From IMG/VR virus record IMGVR_UViG_2547132108_000007, positions 582 to 64,581 of that record: a stretch of DNA of 64,000 nt. One strand, written 5' to 3'. Origin of the DNA: a virus (Duplodnaviria > Caudoviricetes). Shown piece after piece: positions 46,063 to 55,883 of this stretch; the first letter of the stretch is position 1, and the number at the start of each line of letters is the position of its first letter. Under the pieces are notes generated by a model that worked only from the letters and a program-made list of their open reading frames with translations, ran no database searches and was not told the DNA's origin. Both the position numbers and the translations under genes were made by a program.

Positions 46063-46084
46063 CGTAAGGGGAGCGGTAATAAAA

Positions 46085-47248
46085 ATGGGATTGAAACGAA
46101 GAATAGCAGGCGGCAGCGGTGGTTACGTTAGCGCTGTGAAGTCCGTACAGGCCGTAGCAACACGCGGTAGTCATTTGGGGAGCGGCCTTTCGGACGGGAC
46201 GGTAACGGTGCAGACTTCCGTTACGTACCACGAATTCGCCTGCGACTGTACCGACGTGCAACTCGTGTACGGCAACTATTACGATTTCGACACGCCGGGG
46301 CCGAACAACATCACGATTAAAGCCGCGATCCATTACGGCGGAAAAGTATACAAGGCGTATTTCCCAAACGGAACGCGCTCGTTCGTACTCGAACCGGGAG
46401 CGGACGTCGAAACGAAGGCGACCGGATTCCGCGCGAAGAAAGGCGAAGGCTTTTACGTTCGAACAATGGTGACGGTCGGGGCCGGTGAAAAGTTTCCGCG
46501 CGGACAGGTCGCTTACAGCAACCGCGGCGAAGGTTTCAAAAACGGCGATATCGTTGACGGAGGCGCAACGGACGCGCAAGGGCAGTACGTATACCACCCG
46601 GTCGCTATCGTAGGCCGTCCGAAAGTACCGACGCCGGCCGTTCTTATCGTTGGCGACTCGATCGCATCTGGCGCGCAAGACAATCCGCAGGACCGCGGGT
46701 TTATTCCGTTTGCGCTCGGCTCAGATGTACCGTGGATTCGCGTCTCCAAGGGGAACGAAAGCTGCGTCGGCTTCAAGCAGGAAGCGGCGCAATATCGGTT
46801 GAGACTCGCGAAATACTGCACGTACGCCATCGTACACGTTGGCACGAACGACTTGGCGGCCGGTCAGACGTTCGCGAATTTACAGGCGAGTTTGGCGGAG
46901 CTTATCGGACTGTTGAACGATTACGGGCTCAAAGTCTACGTCTGTACGATTCCGCCCCGTACGTCGAGTACGGACGCATTCGCGACGGTCGAGAATCAAA
47001 CGTCCGTAGCGCCCGGTGACGCAGCGTTCGGCCCCAACGGCCACCGCTCGAAAGCCAACGACTGGCTACGTTCTAAACCGCCCGGCGTCATAGGCGTTTT
47101 TGACACCGGCGCTATTTGCGAATCCAGCGTAAATTCCGGAAAGTGGCGAGTGACGTCGCCGCCAGCAACAACGGACGGAATTCACCCGAAAGCTGAGATC
47201 CACACGCTTATGGCGGCGCCGATTATCGCTGAAAAATCGAAGTTTTAG
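46085..47248 (+). CDS. SGNH/GDSL hydrolase family protein
   Basis: Block I VGDSIA, block III VGTNDL, block V DGIHP; N-terminal beta-rich domain. Confidence 0.85.
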   Translation: MGLKRRIAGGSGGYVSAVKSVQAVATRGSHLGSGLSDGTVTVQTSVTYHEFACDCTDVQLVYGNYYDFDTPGPNNITIKAAIHYGGKVYKAYFPNGTRSFVLEPGADVETKATGFRAKKGEGFYVRTMVTVGAGEKFPRGQVAYSNRGEGFKNGDIVDGGATDAQGQYVYHPVAIVGRPKVPTPAVLIVGDSIASGAQDNPQDRGFIPFALGSDVPWIRVSKGNESCVGFKQEAAQYRLRLAKYCTYAIVHVGTNDLAAGQTFANLQASLAELIGLLNDYGLKVYVCTIPPRTSSTDAFATVENQTSVAPGDAAFGPNGHRSKANDWLRSKPPGVIGVFDTGAICESSVNSGKWRVTSPPATTDGIHPKAEIHTLMAAPIIAEKSKF

Positions 47249-47326
47249 TACGTTGTCCTACGTCACGACGCTAAACTGACGGTTGATAACCGACAGCCGA
47301 CGGGCTTAAAACGGTGGAGGAACGAA

Positions 47327-48055
47327 ATGGAAATGAAACACGATACTCTTCGTTTTGGATATCTGCAATTGTTCGCTGAAGGTGCGGGCAGCGGCGGTGA
47401 TGGTGGCGATAGCGGCGGTGATGGTTCCGGAGAAGGCGGCGCTAAAGATATAAAGTCCGGTAAAGTCGAATTCACGCCAGAGCAGCAAGCGGAAATCGAC
47501 CGCATGGTGTCCGACCGACTGGCGCGTCAGGCGAAGAAATACGCGGACTATGACGACCTTAAGACGAAGGTAACAACGTTCGAGCAGGCGGAAGAGGATC
47601 GGCTAAAGGCCGCTATGTCCGAAAAGGACCGTCTGGAAGCGGAGAAGGCCGAAGCACTCAAGAAGGCGGAAGAGGCCGAAGGGAAAGCGCAATCTACGCT
47701 TGACGCCGCAAACAAACGTATGATCAAAGCGGAGTTCCGGGCATTAGCACGGGAACTTGGAGTCCGGGCTGATGCGCTGGACGATGCGTTTGTGCTCGCG
47801 GACCTGACGGCGGTTACCGTCGACGATGACGGCAATATCGACGGCGTGCAGGGCGCGGTTGAGGCGCTGTTAAAGGCGAAGCCATATTTGGTGGCCGAGG
47901 CGAAAACGAAGCCGAAAACGATCGGTGAGCCGAGTAATCCGACTCAAGACGAAATTAAGACACTAGAGCAACAACTGGCCGAGGCGCAGAAGAAAAAGGA
48001 CTTCTCAAAAGTCGTCGAGCTATCAAACAAAATTAAAGGGCTCACTAAACAGTAA
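47327..48055 (+). CDS. Capsid scaffolding protein
   Basis: LQLFAEG motif (Prp-type cleavage site), coiled coil, KPYL. Confidence 0.8.
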   Translation: MEMKHDTLRFGYLQLFAEGAGSGGDGGDSGGDGSGEGGAKDIKSGKVEFTPEQQAEIDRMVSDRLARQAKKYADYDDLKTKVTTFEQAEEDRLKAAMSEKDRLEAEKAEALKKAEEAEGKAQSTLDAANKRMIKAEFRALARELGVRADALDDAFVLADLTAVTVDDDGNIDGVQGAVEALLKAKPYLVAEAKTKPKTIGEPSNPTQDEIKTLEQQLAEAQKKKDFSKVVELSNKIKGLTKQ

Positions 48056-48088
48056 GGCGGTCGCAAAACGCGCCGTCTTTTTATTTTG
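48054..48088 (+). terminator. Terminator-like hairpin between scaffold and capsid genes
   Basis: AAGGCGG...CCGTCTT followed by a T tract. Confidence 0.5.
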
Positions 48089-48112
48089 CCTAAACTCAGG
48101 AGGAATGTGTAA

Positions 48113-49225
48113 ATGTTGTACACTTATAGCTTTCAAGACCAAGTCCGTGACCTTGAAGCAGGAATTAGCCTTGTAATTAACGACTCTCCTACTTTGCTCG
48201 GCCTTGTCGGCATGGACGGCGAGCGGATCAAACAGACGAAGTACGAGTGGATGAGCGATAACCTCAACTCTAACCGTGCGAACGTAAAAACGGCCGCAGC
48301 CGTAGGCGACACGGCAATCACGCTAAACGACGGTGACGGTATCAAATTCCGCGTTAACTCGGTCGCAGTGGCTGGCGAAGAATACATGAAGGTGACCGCT
48401 GTGAATGGCGACGTCATCACGGTCGTTCGCGGATTTGACGGAACAACGGTGGCGGCGCTGACGGCAGGTCAGGAACTACGGATCGTAGCTCGTCCGCAAC
48501 TACAAGCCGCCGGCGTAGGACAAGACGAAGGCCACGACCGCTATACCGATTTCAACTATACGCAAATTATCGAGCGTTACGCTTCCGTGTCCAATACACA
48601 GATGGCCGTCAGCACGTACAACGTTGACAACGAACTCGACTACCAAGTTAAGCTCCGCCTGAAAGAAGCGTCTCGGGAAATGAACGATTGGCTGATTTAT
48701 GGCCGTCGGATTCAAGGCGCTCCAGGTACGCCGAGCATGACCGGCGGGCTGCTGTATTTTGCAAACGCAAAAGGTGCGGCTAAGAAAAACCTTAACGGTG
48801 CAGAAATCTCGGCCAAATCCCTTAACGACTTGATGGAAGAGGTTTACTTGCGTGGTGGTAACGTCAATACGATCCTGACGAATACGGCAGGCGCTCGCCA
48901 AATTTCGAAGCTGGCTACCGACACAATCCGGACTGTACGTACAGACGATACGACAGGCCACCGGATTTCCACGTTTGTATCGGACATTGTTAGTGGCGGC
49001 GTTGCCACGGTCGTTGTTGATCCGAACTTTCCGAAAAATAAGGTCGCGCTGTTTGACCGCGAAATCTTGTCCCTGCACGCCCTCCGTCCGCTATATGACG
49101 TAGACGCATCGGTCGCAGGTGCGGACTTTGTCGCTCGCCAGATTCGCGGTGAGTACGGAGTCAAGGTTAAGAACGCAAAGGAAAAAATCGCGATCCTCGA
49201 TAATATCAGCACGACGGTATCTTAA
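48113..49225 (+). CDS. Major capsid protein (SU10/DUF5309-like)
   Basis: Position; YEWMSDNL, NYTQII, GEYGV motifs. Confidence 0.8.
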   Translation: MLYTYSFQDQVRDLEAGISLVINDSPTLLGLVGMDGERIKQTKYEWMSDNLNSNRANVKTAAAVGDTAITLNDGDGIKFRVNSVAVAGEEYMKVTAVNGDVITVVRGFDGTTVAALTAGQELRIVARPQLQAAGVGQDEGHDRYTDFNYTQIIERYASVSNTQMAVSTYNVDNELDYQVKLRLKEASREMNDWLIYGRRIQGAPGTPSMTGGLLYFANAKGAAKKNLNGAEISAKSLNDLMEEVYLRGGNVNTILTNTAGARQISKLATDTIRTVRTDDTTGHRISTFVSDIVSGGVATVVVDPNFPKNKVALFDREILSLHALRPLYDVDASVAGADFVARQIRGEYGVKVKNAKEKIAILDNISTTVS

Positions 49226-49230
49226 TAAAA

Positions 49231-49257
49231 CGGGCGTCCTAGCGGGCGCCTTTTCTT
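49231..49257 (+). terminator. Terminator after the capsid gene
   Basis: GGCGTCC-TAGC-GGGCGCC-TTTT. Confidence 0.6.
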
Positions 49258-49270
49258 CGGAGGTTAACGT

Positions 49271-49528
49271 ATGGCAACGAAGGCAATTTATAAGGCGGAC
49301 CCGTTTTACGAGGTTGAGGCCGGCAAAATGCGATTGAGATTCGATTATTTCGGCGTTTACGAAACGGATGAACAGGCGGAAATCGACGTCCTAGACGCGC
49401 TTTGCCCGACGTGGATTAAGCGTGCTGAAGACGAAGTAGAACCGGAGGAAGCAGCGGCAGAAACGGCGGTCCCGGCAGCAGACGAAACTAAGCCGCAAAC
49501 ATCACGCGCTAAAACCTCCGGAAAATAA
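49271..49528 (+). CDS. Hypothetical head-associated protein
   Basis: GGAGG RBS. Confidence 0.6.
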   Translation: MATKAIYKADPFYEVEAGKMRLRFDYFGVYETDEQAEIDVLDALCPTWIKRAEDEVEPEEAAAETAVPAADETKPQTSRAKTSGK

Positions 49529-49543
49529 CGGAGGTGGGGTCTT

Positions 49544-49942
49544 ATGGCGCTTTCTATAACGGGCGCGGACGCGTATATCGCCGCAAATTGTATAGACGTG
49601 GAAGACTGGTTTGACGCAGACGACGCGAAAAAACAACGGACACTGAACGTCGCAAGTCGCACGCTGACCGGTAAGTACCCGAAATATACGATACCCGACG
49701 CGGCTGTATACGAGTTCGCCAACGTTTTGACAACGGTATTCAACGATACAAATCGGTTGGCGCAGCAAGGCGTAACGTCCTTCGCGCTGTCCGGTACGGC
49801 CAGTTTCAACTTCAAGGACGCGCTTGTAGCGGGGCCGGGCGGCGACCTCACGAAATTCATACCGCAGTCGGCGCTCGACATTATCGGAGCGGAAAACGGC
49901 GTCAAACTGGCGCGCCGGGCCGCGAAATGGACGGTGCTCTGA
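49544..49942 (+). CDS. Head-tail connector protein
   Basis: Position; ADAYI...W...KQRTLNVA pattern. Confidence 0.65.
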   Translation: MALSITGADAYIAANCIDVEDWFDADDAKKQRTLNVASRTLTGKYPKYTIPDAAVYEFANVLTTVFNDTNRLAQQGVTSFALSGTASFNFKDALVAGPGGDLTKFIPQSALDIIGAENGVKLARRAAKWTVL

Positions 49943-50259
49943 TGCCGATAATTCCGATGAAACAAACGGTCATGGTGACGAAAGCTGACGGTACGGACGG
50001 GTGGGGTGGAACGGTCCCCGGCGCTAAGGAAACGTACAAGGTTCGCGCGGTCGAGGAAACGAAAGTGGTCGTAAATAAAGCCGGCGATGAGGCCGTTACG
50101 TCAGCACGTTTCATTTTCGATAAATTACCGGACGTGGCGTACAACGACGTAATAACGTACACGAACGAATTAGGCGTCAAGATCGCACGCGAACCGGTAA
50201 GAATCGAAGTAAAACGCGGTGTTGGCGGCAAGCCGCTCGTAACGGAGGTGTACGTCTGA
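49942..50259 (+). CDS. Head-tail adaptor/closure protein
   Basis: TGATG overlap, position. Confidence 0.6.
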   Translation: MPIIPMKQTVMVTKADGTDGWGGTVPGAKETYKVRAVEETKVVVNKAGDEAVTSARFIFDKLPDVAYNDVITYTNELGVKIAREPVRIEVKRGVGGKPLVTEVYV

Positions 50260-50261
50260 CA

Positions 50262-50723
50262 ATGGCATCATCGGCGAAATTTACGATTGACCTCGATCTT
50301 TCCGCGTTCATTCACGCGTTGGAGGTAGCGCCGGAAATCGTGGGTAAAGCGGCCAAGCGCGGTTTGCATGACGCCCTTGACGAATGGAAGCGTGACTCTA
50401 CCGACCTGGCGCCGCTTGATAAAGGAACGCTACGACGCGGGATCGATACGGACGTGAACGGACACGGCCTCGACTTGTCCGGCGAAATTACGGCGGTCGC
50501 GGTCGAAGTGGCTGGGCGCGGTAAATGGGCGGGCCAGCGCTTTAACTACGCTTATTACCTACACGAAGAGTTTCCGAAGAAGCACGGTCGCTCATTCAAG
50601 GACCCGTCTACACCCGGTACGATTCCGGAATTTCTCGACACGCCGGCGGTATTCAAAGGCGACGATTGGGTCCGCGGCATCGAAAACGAAATCAAGAACG
50701 AACTCAAGCGGAAAGGATGGTAG
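50262..50723 (+). CDS. HK97 gp10-like neck protein
   Basis: APLDKGTLRR...YAYYLHE motif. Confidence 0.75.
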   Translation: MASSAKFTIDLDLSAFIHALEVAPEIVGKAAKRGLHDALDEWKRDSTDLAPLDKGTLRRGIDTDVNGHGLDLSGEITAVAVEVAGRGKWAGQRFNYAYYLHEEFPKKHGRSFKDPSTPGTIPEFLDTPAVFKGDDWVRGIENEIKNELKRKGW

Positions 50724-50725
50724 GC

Positions 50726-51178
50726 ATGACGCTTATTGACGATATCGTTTCCGTTGAAGGCTTCGTTAAAGCGAAGTTCCCGACGGCGACGACCGTTAAG
50801 CAGACGTTGCCGAAGCAGCCCGCCGCCGGAACGTTCGTGATCCGGTTTCAAAACGATAGCCGCGAGAGTGAAACGGCGTTCCATTTCCGGACTGACCGCG
50901 ATTATCAAATCGTTTACTTTGGCGCTCGGGCTGACGAAGTTCTCGCGAAAATGGACGCGTTATCGACCACGCTGTATCAAACGCAGGTCATACCGCGAAC
51001 CGACGGCTCTCTGCGTTATGTCCGCGTGGAGTCGTTTGCGTTTTCGCAACCGTTTAAAACTGAGAACGAGCTTTTTGCGTGCATTGGCGTGTTGAGTGCG
51101 CAAACGCGGACAGCGCGCGATCAGCAGACGTATGAGAAGATGATGAACGTTTATGCACGGCTAATTACGGCGCCTTAG
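50726..51178 (+). CDS. Tail terminator-like protein
   Basis: Position before sheath. Confidence 0.6.
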   Translation: MTLIDDIVSVEGFVKAKFPTATTVKQTLPKQPAAGTFVIRFQNDSRESETAFHFRTDRDYQIVYFGARADEVLAKMDALSTTLYQTQVIPRTDGSLRYVRVESFAFSQPFKTENELFACIGVLSAQTRTARDQQTYEKMMNVYARLITAP

Positions 51179-51202
51179 CGATTGCGGGGCGTCTTTTTAT
51201 TT
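51170..51202 (+). terminator. Terminator-like hairpin before the sheath gene
   Basis: GGCGCC...GGGGCGTC-TTTTT. Confidence 0.5.
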
Positions 51203-51221
51203 ACTACGAGGAGGTTACGCT

Positions 51222-52271
51222 ATGGCTGGGGGCGGGTGGGACCCGACATCGTTACCGGTTCAACCGGGTCTATATATCAATTTTAAGGAAGCGGCCGCAG
51301 CGCAGATAAAGGGCGGTGCTCGCGGCGTCGTAGCTATTCCGCTCAAGGCGTTCACGGGCGGGACAGCGACAGCCAAGACGTTCTACACAACTTCAAGTGA
51401 GACAGAGGCCGCCGCACTATTTGGCTCCGCTAATATCCAATCGATCAAATTCGCACTTCAGGGGGGCGCGAAAGAGGTCCTCGTCTATACGATGCCAGCG
51501 TCAGCAACCGCGCAGGACTACACGGACATGCGTGCTGCCTACGATACGCGTCCTTTCAACGTTTTCGTATTCGACGGCGAGTATAGCACGACAGAGCAGG
51601 CCGCGACTAAGACGTGGGTAACAACGAACCGCGGCGAAGGTAAACATTTTATGATTGTAATCGGTGGTAATGCGACAACTGACGCCGACCCTACGCAAGG
51701 GAACGCCAGGACGACGCTGAATGCTGACGAGAACATCATCAATCTAATCGAAGGTGTCGTAATCGACGGAACGGCGTACACATCTTCGCAGTTTGCGCCA
51801 TGGGTTGCGGGGAAAATCGCAGGGACACAGATTAATCGTTCGGTCACTTACGAGTCAGTCCCGGCAAATGACGTGACAAAACGTCTTACAAACTCTCAAA
51901 TCGACACGGCGCTGAAGGCGGGCTCGATGGTTCTTACTCATGACGGCGAGAAAGTGAAGATCGTACAGGGCCTGACGACCTCAAAAAAGAAAATCCGCTC
52001 GATTCGCGCCCGACAAGCGATTTCGAACGACGTCACGAAAACGGCAGCCGACGCTTATATCGGTAAGATTGACAATAACGCGGACGGGCAAGCGGCCCTT
52101 ATTGGCGCGATTAAGGCGTATCTCGAAACGCTAGAGGTTGCGAACGTGCTGACTGCGCCGATAGTAACGCTTGACCCGCAGCACCCGAGCGTTGGTGACT
52201 CCGTATTTTTAGCGATTTCGTACGTCGAGGTCGACAGCATGGAGCGCATCTTCCTGACCATCAACGTATAA
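51222..52271 (+). CDS. Tail sheath protein (XkdK-like)
   Basis: PGLYINF N-terminus, YIGKIDNNADG, VDSMERIF C-terminus. Confidence 0.85.
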   Translation: MAGGGWDPTSLPVQPGLYINFKEAAAAQIKGGARGVVAIPLKAFTGGTATAKTFYTTSSETEAAALFGSANIQSIKFALQGGAKEVLVYTMPASATAQDYTDMRAAYDTRPFNVFVFDGEYSTTEQAATKTWVTTNRGEGKHFMIVIGGNATTDADPTQGNARTTLNADENIINLIEGVVIDGTAYTSSQFAPWVAGKIAGTQINRSVTYESVPANDVTKRLTNSQIDTALKAGSMVLTHDGEKVKIVQGLTTSKKKIRSIRARQAISNDVTKTAADAYIGKIDNNADGQAALIGAIKAYLETLEVANVLTAPIVTLDPQHPSVGDSVFLAISYVEVDSMERIFLTINV

Positions 52272-52288
52272 GGACGGTGAAATAGACG

Positions 52289-52729
52289 ATGCCTAAACTT
52301 GACCCCACTCGTACGATCCAGGGCCACTATGGCGAAATCTGGTCAGATGGCGAGTGGTTATCGAACTTTTATCAAGCGGAAGCCTCCGCTGACATTTCGT
52401 ACGAGAAGATTAAGCGTGCAGGCTCTCGCAAGGCCGGTAACAAAGTCGGCGCTATCGAATACTCCGGCACCATTACCGGATACAAAGTCACGTCGACACT
52501 GGCGCGTAGAGTAGCGCAGGTTACGGATGACTCTAAGGGCGCCTTTATAACGGAAATTACGATGAAGCTCGCGGACCCGGAAGCGTACGGGTTCGAACGT
52601 GTCCGTTTGAAGGGCGTTCAATTTACGAAGATTGACATCATGAAATTCGAGCACGGATCGATTGTTGAAACGGAATGGCCGTTCGTCTTCGATGATTTCG
52701 AATGGCTCGACGCTATATCAGCTCAATGA
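52289..52729 (+). CDS. xkdM: Tail tube protein (XkdM-like)
   Basis: KLADPEAYGFERV.L.GV.F...E..F.F motif. Confidence 0.85.
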   Translation: MPKLDPTRTIQGHYGEIWSDGEWLSNFYQAEASADISYEKIKRAGSRKAGNKVGAIEYSGTITGYKVTSTLARRVAQVTDDSKGAFITEITMKLADPEAYGFERVRLKGVQFTKIDIMKFEHGSIVETEWPFVFDDFEWLDAISAQ

Positions 52730-52814
52730 CGCTGCTATACGTAATCTGACGGTCTTTATCGTTGGGTTCCGTTTTTGCTTTCGAAAATAACCACATTTAC
52801 GGAGGATGACATAT

Positions 52815-53204
52815 ATGACGACGATGACCGATCCATTACAGGCTTTTCTTACCGCTGACCTGAACGTTGAGACTGACGTATTTATCCGGCGACTCGGCGT
52901 TTCCCTGCGGATCAAGGCGCTAGACTCCGCCACGCTCGAAAAGGCCCGTGAACAAGCTACGTTCGGCGGCCGTAAGGAGCGCGTATTTGACGGCGACAAG
53001 TTTAAGGCAATTCTCGTCGCACGCATGGTAACGAATGTCGATTTCGGCCATGCCGACATGCTGACAAAATACAACGCCAGCGATTCCGTGGATTGCATAC
53101 GCAAAGCGTTGTTGCCCGGCGAAATCGAGCGAATCACGGAAGCGGGTGCGGAGTTGTCCGGATTTATGGACGATGGCGAGGCGGTCGACGAAGTAAAAAA
53201 CTAA
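52815..53204 (+). CDS. Tail assembly chaperone (XkdN-like)
   Basis: LLPGEI...LSGF motif; ends at a slippery site. Confidence 0.75.
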   Translation: MTTMTDPLQAFLTADLNVETDVFIRRLGVSLRIKALDSATLEKAREQATFGGRKERVFDGDKFKAILVARMVTNVDFGHADMLTKYNASDSVDCIRKALLPGEIERITEAGAELSGFMDDGEAVDEVKN

Positions 53205-53371
53205 TCCGGGCGGGCGGCGTTCCATATATCGTTCATGAGATATTTCAACGCCACCACATCCCGCCCGACGAGTTCTACGCCCGGCCTCTCGAAGCACGTC
53301 TCGCCATGGTAGCGTCGATGCTCGTTCAGTTTGAGGACGAAGATAGCGTCCGAAGGGAGGTTGAGCGGTAG
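53195..53371 (+). CDS. Frameshift extension of the tail chaperone (-1 at A AAA AAC)
   Basis: GTA AAA AAC TAA; -1 frame reads KKLIRAGG...HHIPPDEFY to 53371. Confidence 0.7.
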   Translation, partial: KKLIRAGGVPYIVHEIFQRHHIPPDEFYARPLEARLAMVASMLVQFEDEDSVRREVER

Positions 53372-55209
53372 TGGCTTTCGATTTAGTGGCGCGACTTCTC
53401 GTTCGTGACGATGGATTTTCGTCAAAAATGCGCGCTGCGGCCGGAGATGCGCGCAAGCTAAAAACGGCAGCGGACGGAACCTCTACCGCAGTCGGGCGTA
53501 TGGGCGGCGCGGCAGGAAACGCGGGCGGTTCGTTTCAACGTATGAGTTCGTCAGCGTCCGCGGCACTCGGCAGCATCAAGAGTAGCGCGTCTTCCGCAGC
53601 TAGTTCGCTCGCCGGTATCGGCACCGCCATTATAGCGGCCGCAGGCGCTTTCGCCGCCTTCGGTGCGTATAAGCTGACGTCACACGCGCTTAAAATGGCG
53701 TCCGACGCGGAACAAGCGGGCATCGCGTTCGAGACGATGATCGGCGACGGCAAGAAGGCGCAAAAGTTTATCGCTGACATGACGGACTTTGCCGCCAAGA
53801 CACCGTTCGACCTTCCCGGCGTGCGTACCGCGGCTAAGCGGATGCTCGCGTTCGGCTTCGAGCTTAACGATATTCTGCCGTCGCTGACCGCGGTAGGTAA
53901 CGCCTCGTCCGGTCTCGGTCTCGGTTCGGACGGGATCAACCGGATTACGTTGGCTCTCGGCCAGATGAAGGCGAAATCGAAAGTTAGCGCTGACGAGATG
54001 CTTCAGCTTACGGAGGCCGGTATCCCCGCGTGGCAGATTCTCGCAGACAAGATGAAAATATCGACGGCGGAAGTAATGAAGCTATCGGAAAAAGGACTAA
54101 TCCCGGCCGATAAGGCGATTAAGGTTTTGCTTGACGGGATGAACAAACGCTTTCCTGACATGATGAAAAAGCAATCCGAATCTTTGCAAGGCCTCTACAA
54201 CAACATGAAAGAGACCTTCGAAAATAAGCTCCTAGTCAAGTGGGGTAATGGAATCGGCGCGGCCCTGAAGCCACGGTCTAAGCAGATATCGGATTGGATC
54301 GATAATAACCAAGCGACAATAGAACGTTGGGGGAAGAATATCGGCACGGTGGCGTTTCAAGCGTCCGACTCAATCTTGCGTTTCTTTGAAGACGCATTTA
54401 AGTATGTGAATAACAAATTCCTTGAAAATCCAGACTTTATGAATTTAGATTTTAAAGGAAAAGTTGAGTTTGTTGCTGGCATTGTCAAGGATTCGTTTAG
54501 ATCGTGGTACGATTCAGGCGGAAATAAAGAAATTAGCGATGCGACTGGTTCGCTAATCGGATATATCAGCGAAGCTTTATCCGGTTCATCAGAACAATTA
54601 GTAAGCATAGGCGTGTCGTTGGGGAAATCTGTCGGTTCAGGTATGTTGACCGGTCTTCAGCAATTCGCAAAAGATAACCCCATGTTAACTTCCTTAATGA
54701 CGTTTGTTGCTACTCCTGGGCCTGTTTGGACTAAGGCGGCCGTGGCTACGGGCGTCGGTGTTGGAGGGGAAATTAATAGTGCTTCAGACTTTCTCAACAA
54801 AAGACAGCAAGAGGAACAGACTAAACAAGCTGCTTTAGTAGACAGGATAACGAACTCTGCGGGAACAAACACACCCTTGTTTGGGGAAGGTTCTATCTCA
54901 ACCGATGACCGGTCCGTCTTCGGAAAAGTGGGGGATTATTTTAAAACCAAATACTACGATATTTTCGGTTACGATGGGTCCCACGCTGGCGGCCTCGACC
55001 GCGTCCCTTATGACGGCTATGTCGCACGCCTACACAGAGATGAACGTATCCAGACGAAAGCAGAAGCGGACGATACTCGGAACGGCACGGGTGGATCTCG
55101 ACGCAGCCCCGTAAACGTAACGTTCAACTACTACGGCACGGGTAACGTAGCCGCCGACGTTCAAGAAATGATGCGCTTAATGGTGCGCGAATTGGAGGCG
55201 TTAACGTAG
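53371..55209 (+). CDS. Tape measure protein
   Basis: TPFDLPGV...ALGQM...EMLQLTEAGIP tape-measure domain. Confidence 0.88.
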   Translation: MAFDLVARLLVRDDGFSSKMRAAAGDARKLKTAADGTSTAVGRMGGAAGNAGGSFQRMSSSASAALGSIKSSASSAASSLAGIGTAIIAAAGAFAAFGAYKLTSHALKMASDAEQAGIAFETMIGDGKKAQKFIADMTDFAAKTPFDLPGVRTAAKRMLAFGFELNDILPSLTAVGNASSGLGLGSDGINRITLALGQMKAKSKVSADEMLQLTEAGIPAWQILADKMKISTAEVMKLSEKGLIPADKAIKVLLDGMNKRFPDMMKKQSESLQGLYNNMKETFENKLLVKWGNGIGAALKPRSKQISDWIDNNQATIERWGKNIGTVAFQASDSILRFFEDAFKYVNNKFLENPDFMNLDFKGKVEFVAGIVKDSFRSWYDSGGNKEISDATGSLIGYISEALSGSSEQLVSIGVSLGKSVGSGMLTGLQQFAKDNPMLTSLMTFVATPGPVWTKAAVATGVGVGGEINSASDFLNKRQQEEQTKQAALVDRITNSAGTNTPLFGEGSISTDDRSVFGKVGDYFKTKYYDIFGYDGSHAGGLDRVPYDGYVARLHRDERIQTKAEADDTRNGTGGSRRSPVNVTFNYYGTGNVAADVQEMMRLMVRELEALT

Positions 55210-55883
55210 TGAGTACGCTACAGTTTCACTTATCGTTCAATAACGGAGCTGAGCGCCTTCAGCTCCCGGTCAATCCGGAAAGCATCCGTATTTCGTCGTC
55301 GCGCGGCTTTGAGGACGTCGAGGTCACGCAACTCGGCGAATATACCGTCATTGGAAACGAGAAGCTTCGCGAGTTCTCGTTTTCTTCATTTTTCCCGCGC
55401 GATTACAACCCGTCATATTGCGAATATGAGCCCTTTCCTAATCCGTGGGAGGCCGTCGCACTTCTTGAGAAATGGCGCGATACTGCCCGGCCGATGCGGC
55501 TTACGATAACAGGAACGCCGATCAACGTGCCTGTTACGCTGCGGCTATTCGAGTATCGCGAAGAAGGCGGAGCGGTCGGTGACATCGCGTTTGATATTAC
55601 GTTTAAAGAATATCGATTCATTGAGTTTCAGCGCGTCAAGACGCAAACAACTGCGGTCGACTCCGTTGAGGTGACGGCGGAGACGGCGCGGCCCGACTCA
55701 AGCAACAAGCGGACGGAATACGTGGTGGTTTCGAGGGATTCGCTATGGAAGATATCGGCGCGGGCTGATGTTTACGGTGATGCCGACAAGTGGCGGAAGT
55801 TGTACAACGCAAATAAGAAGCTCATCGGCGCCAATCCGAATCTCATATTTCCGGGTCAAAAGTTGGTGATTCCGCGTGATTAG
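55209..55883 (+). CDS. LysM-domain tail protein (XkdP-like)
   Basis: LPVNPE N-terminus; YVVVSRDSLWKIS...NPNLIFPGQKL LysM. Confidence 0.85.
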   Translation: MSTLQFHLSFNNGAERLQLPVNPESIRISSSRGFEDVEVTQLGEYTVIGNEKLREFSFSSFFPRDYNPSYCEYEPFPNPWEAVALLEKWRDTARPMRLTITGTPINVPVTLRLFEYREEGGAVGDIAFDITFKEYRFIEFQRVKTQTTAVDSVEVTAETARPDSSNKRTEYVVVSRDSLWKISARADVYGDADKWRKLYNANKKLIGANPNLIFPGQKLVIPRD

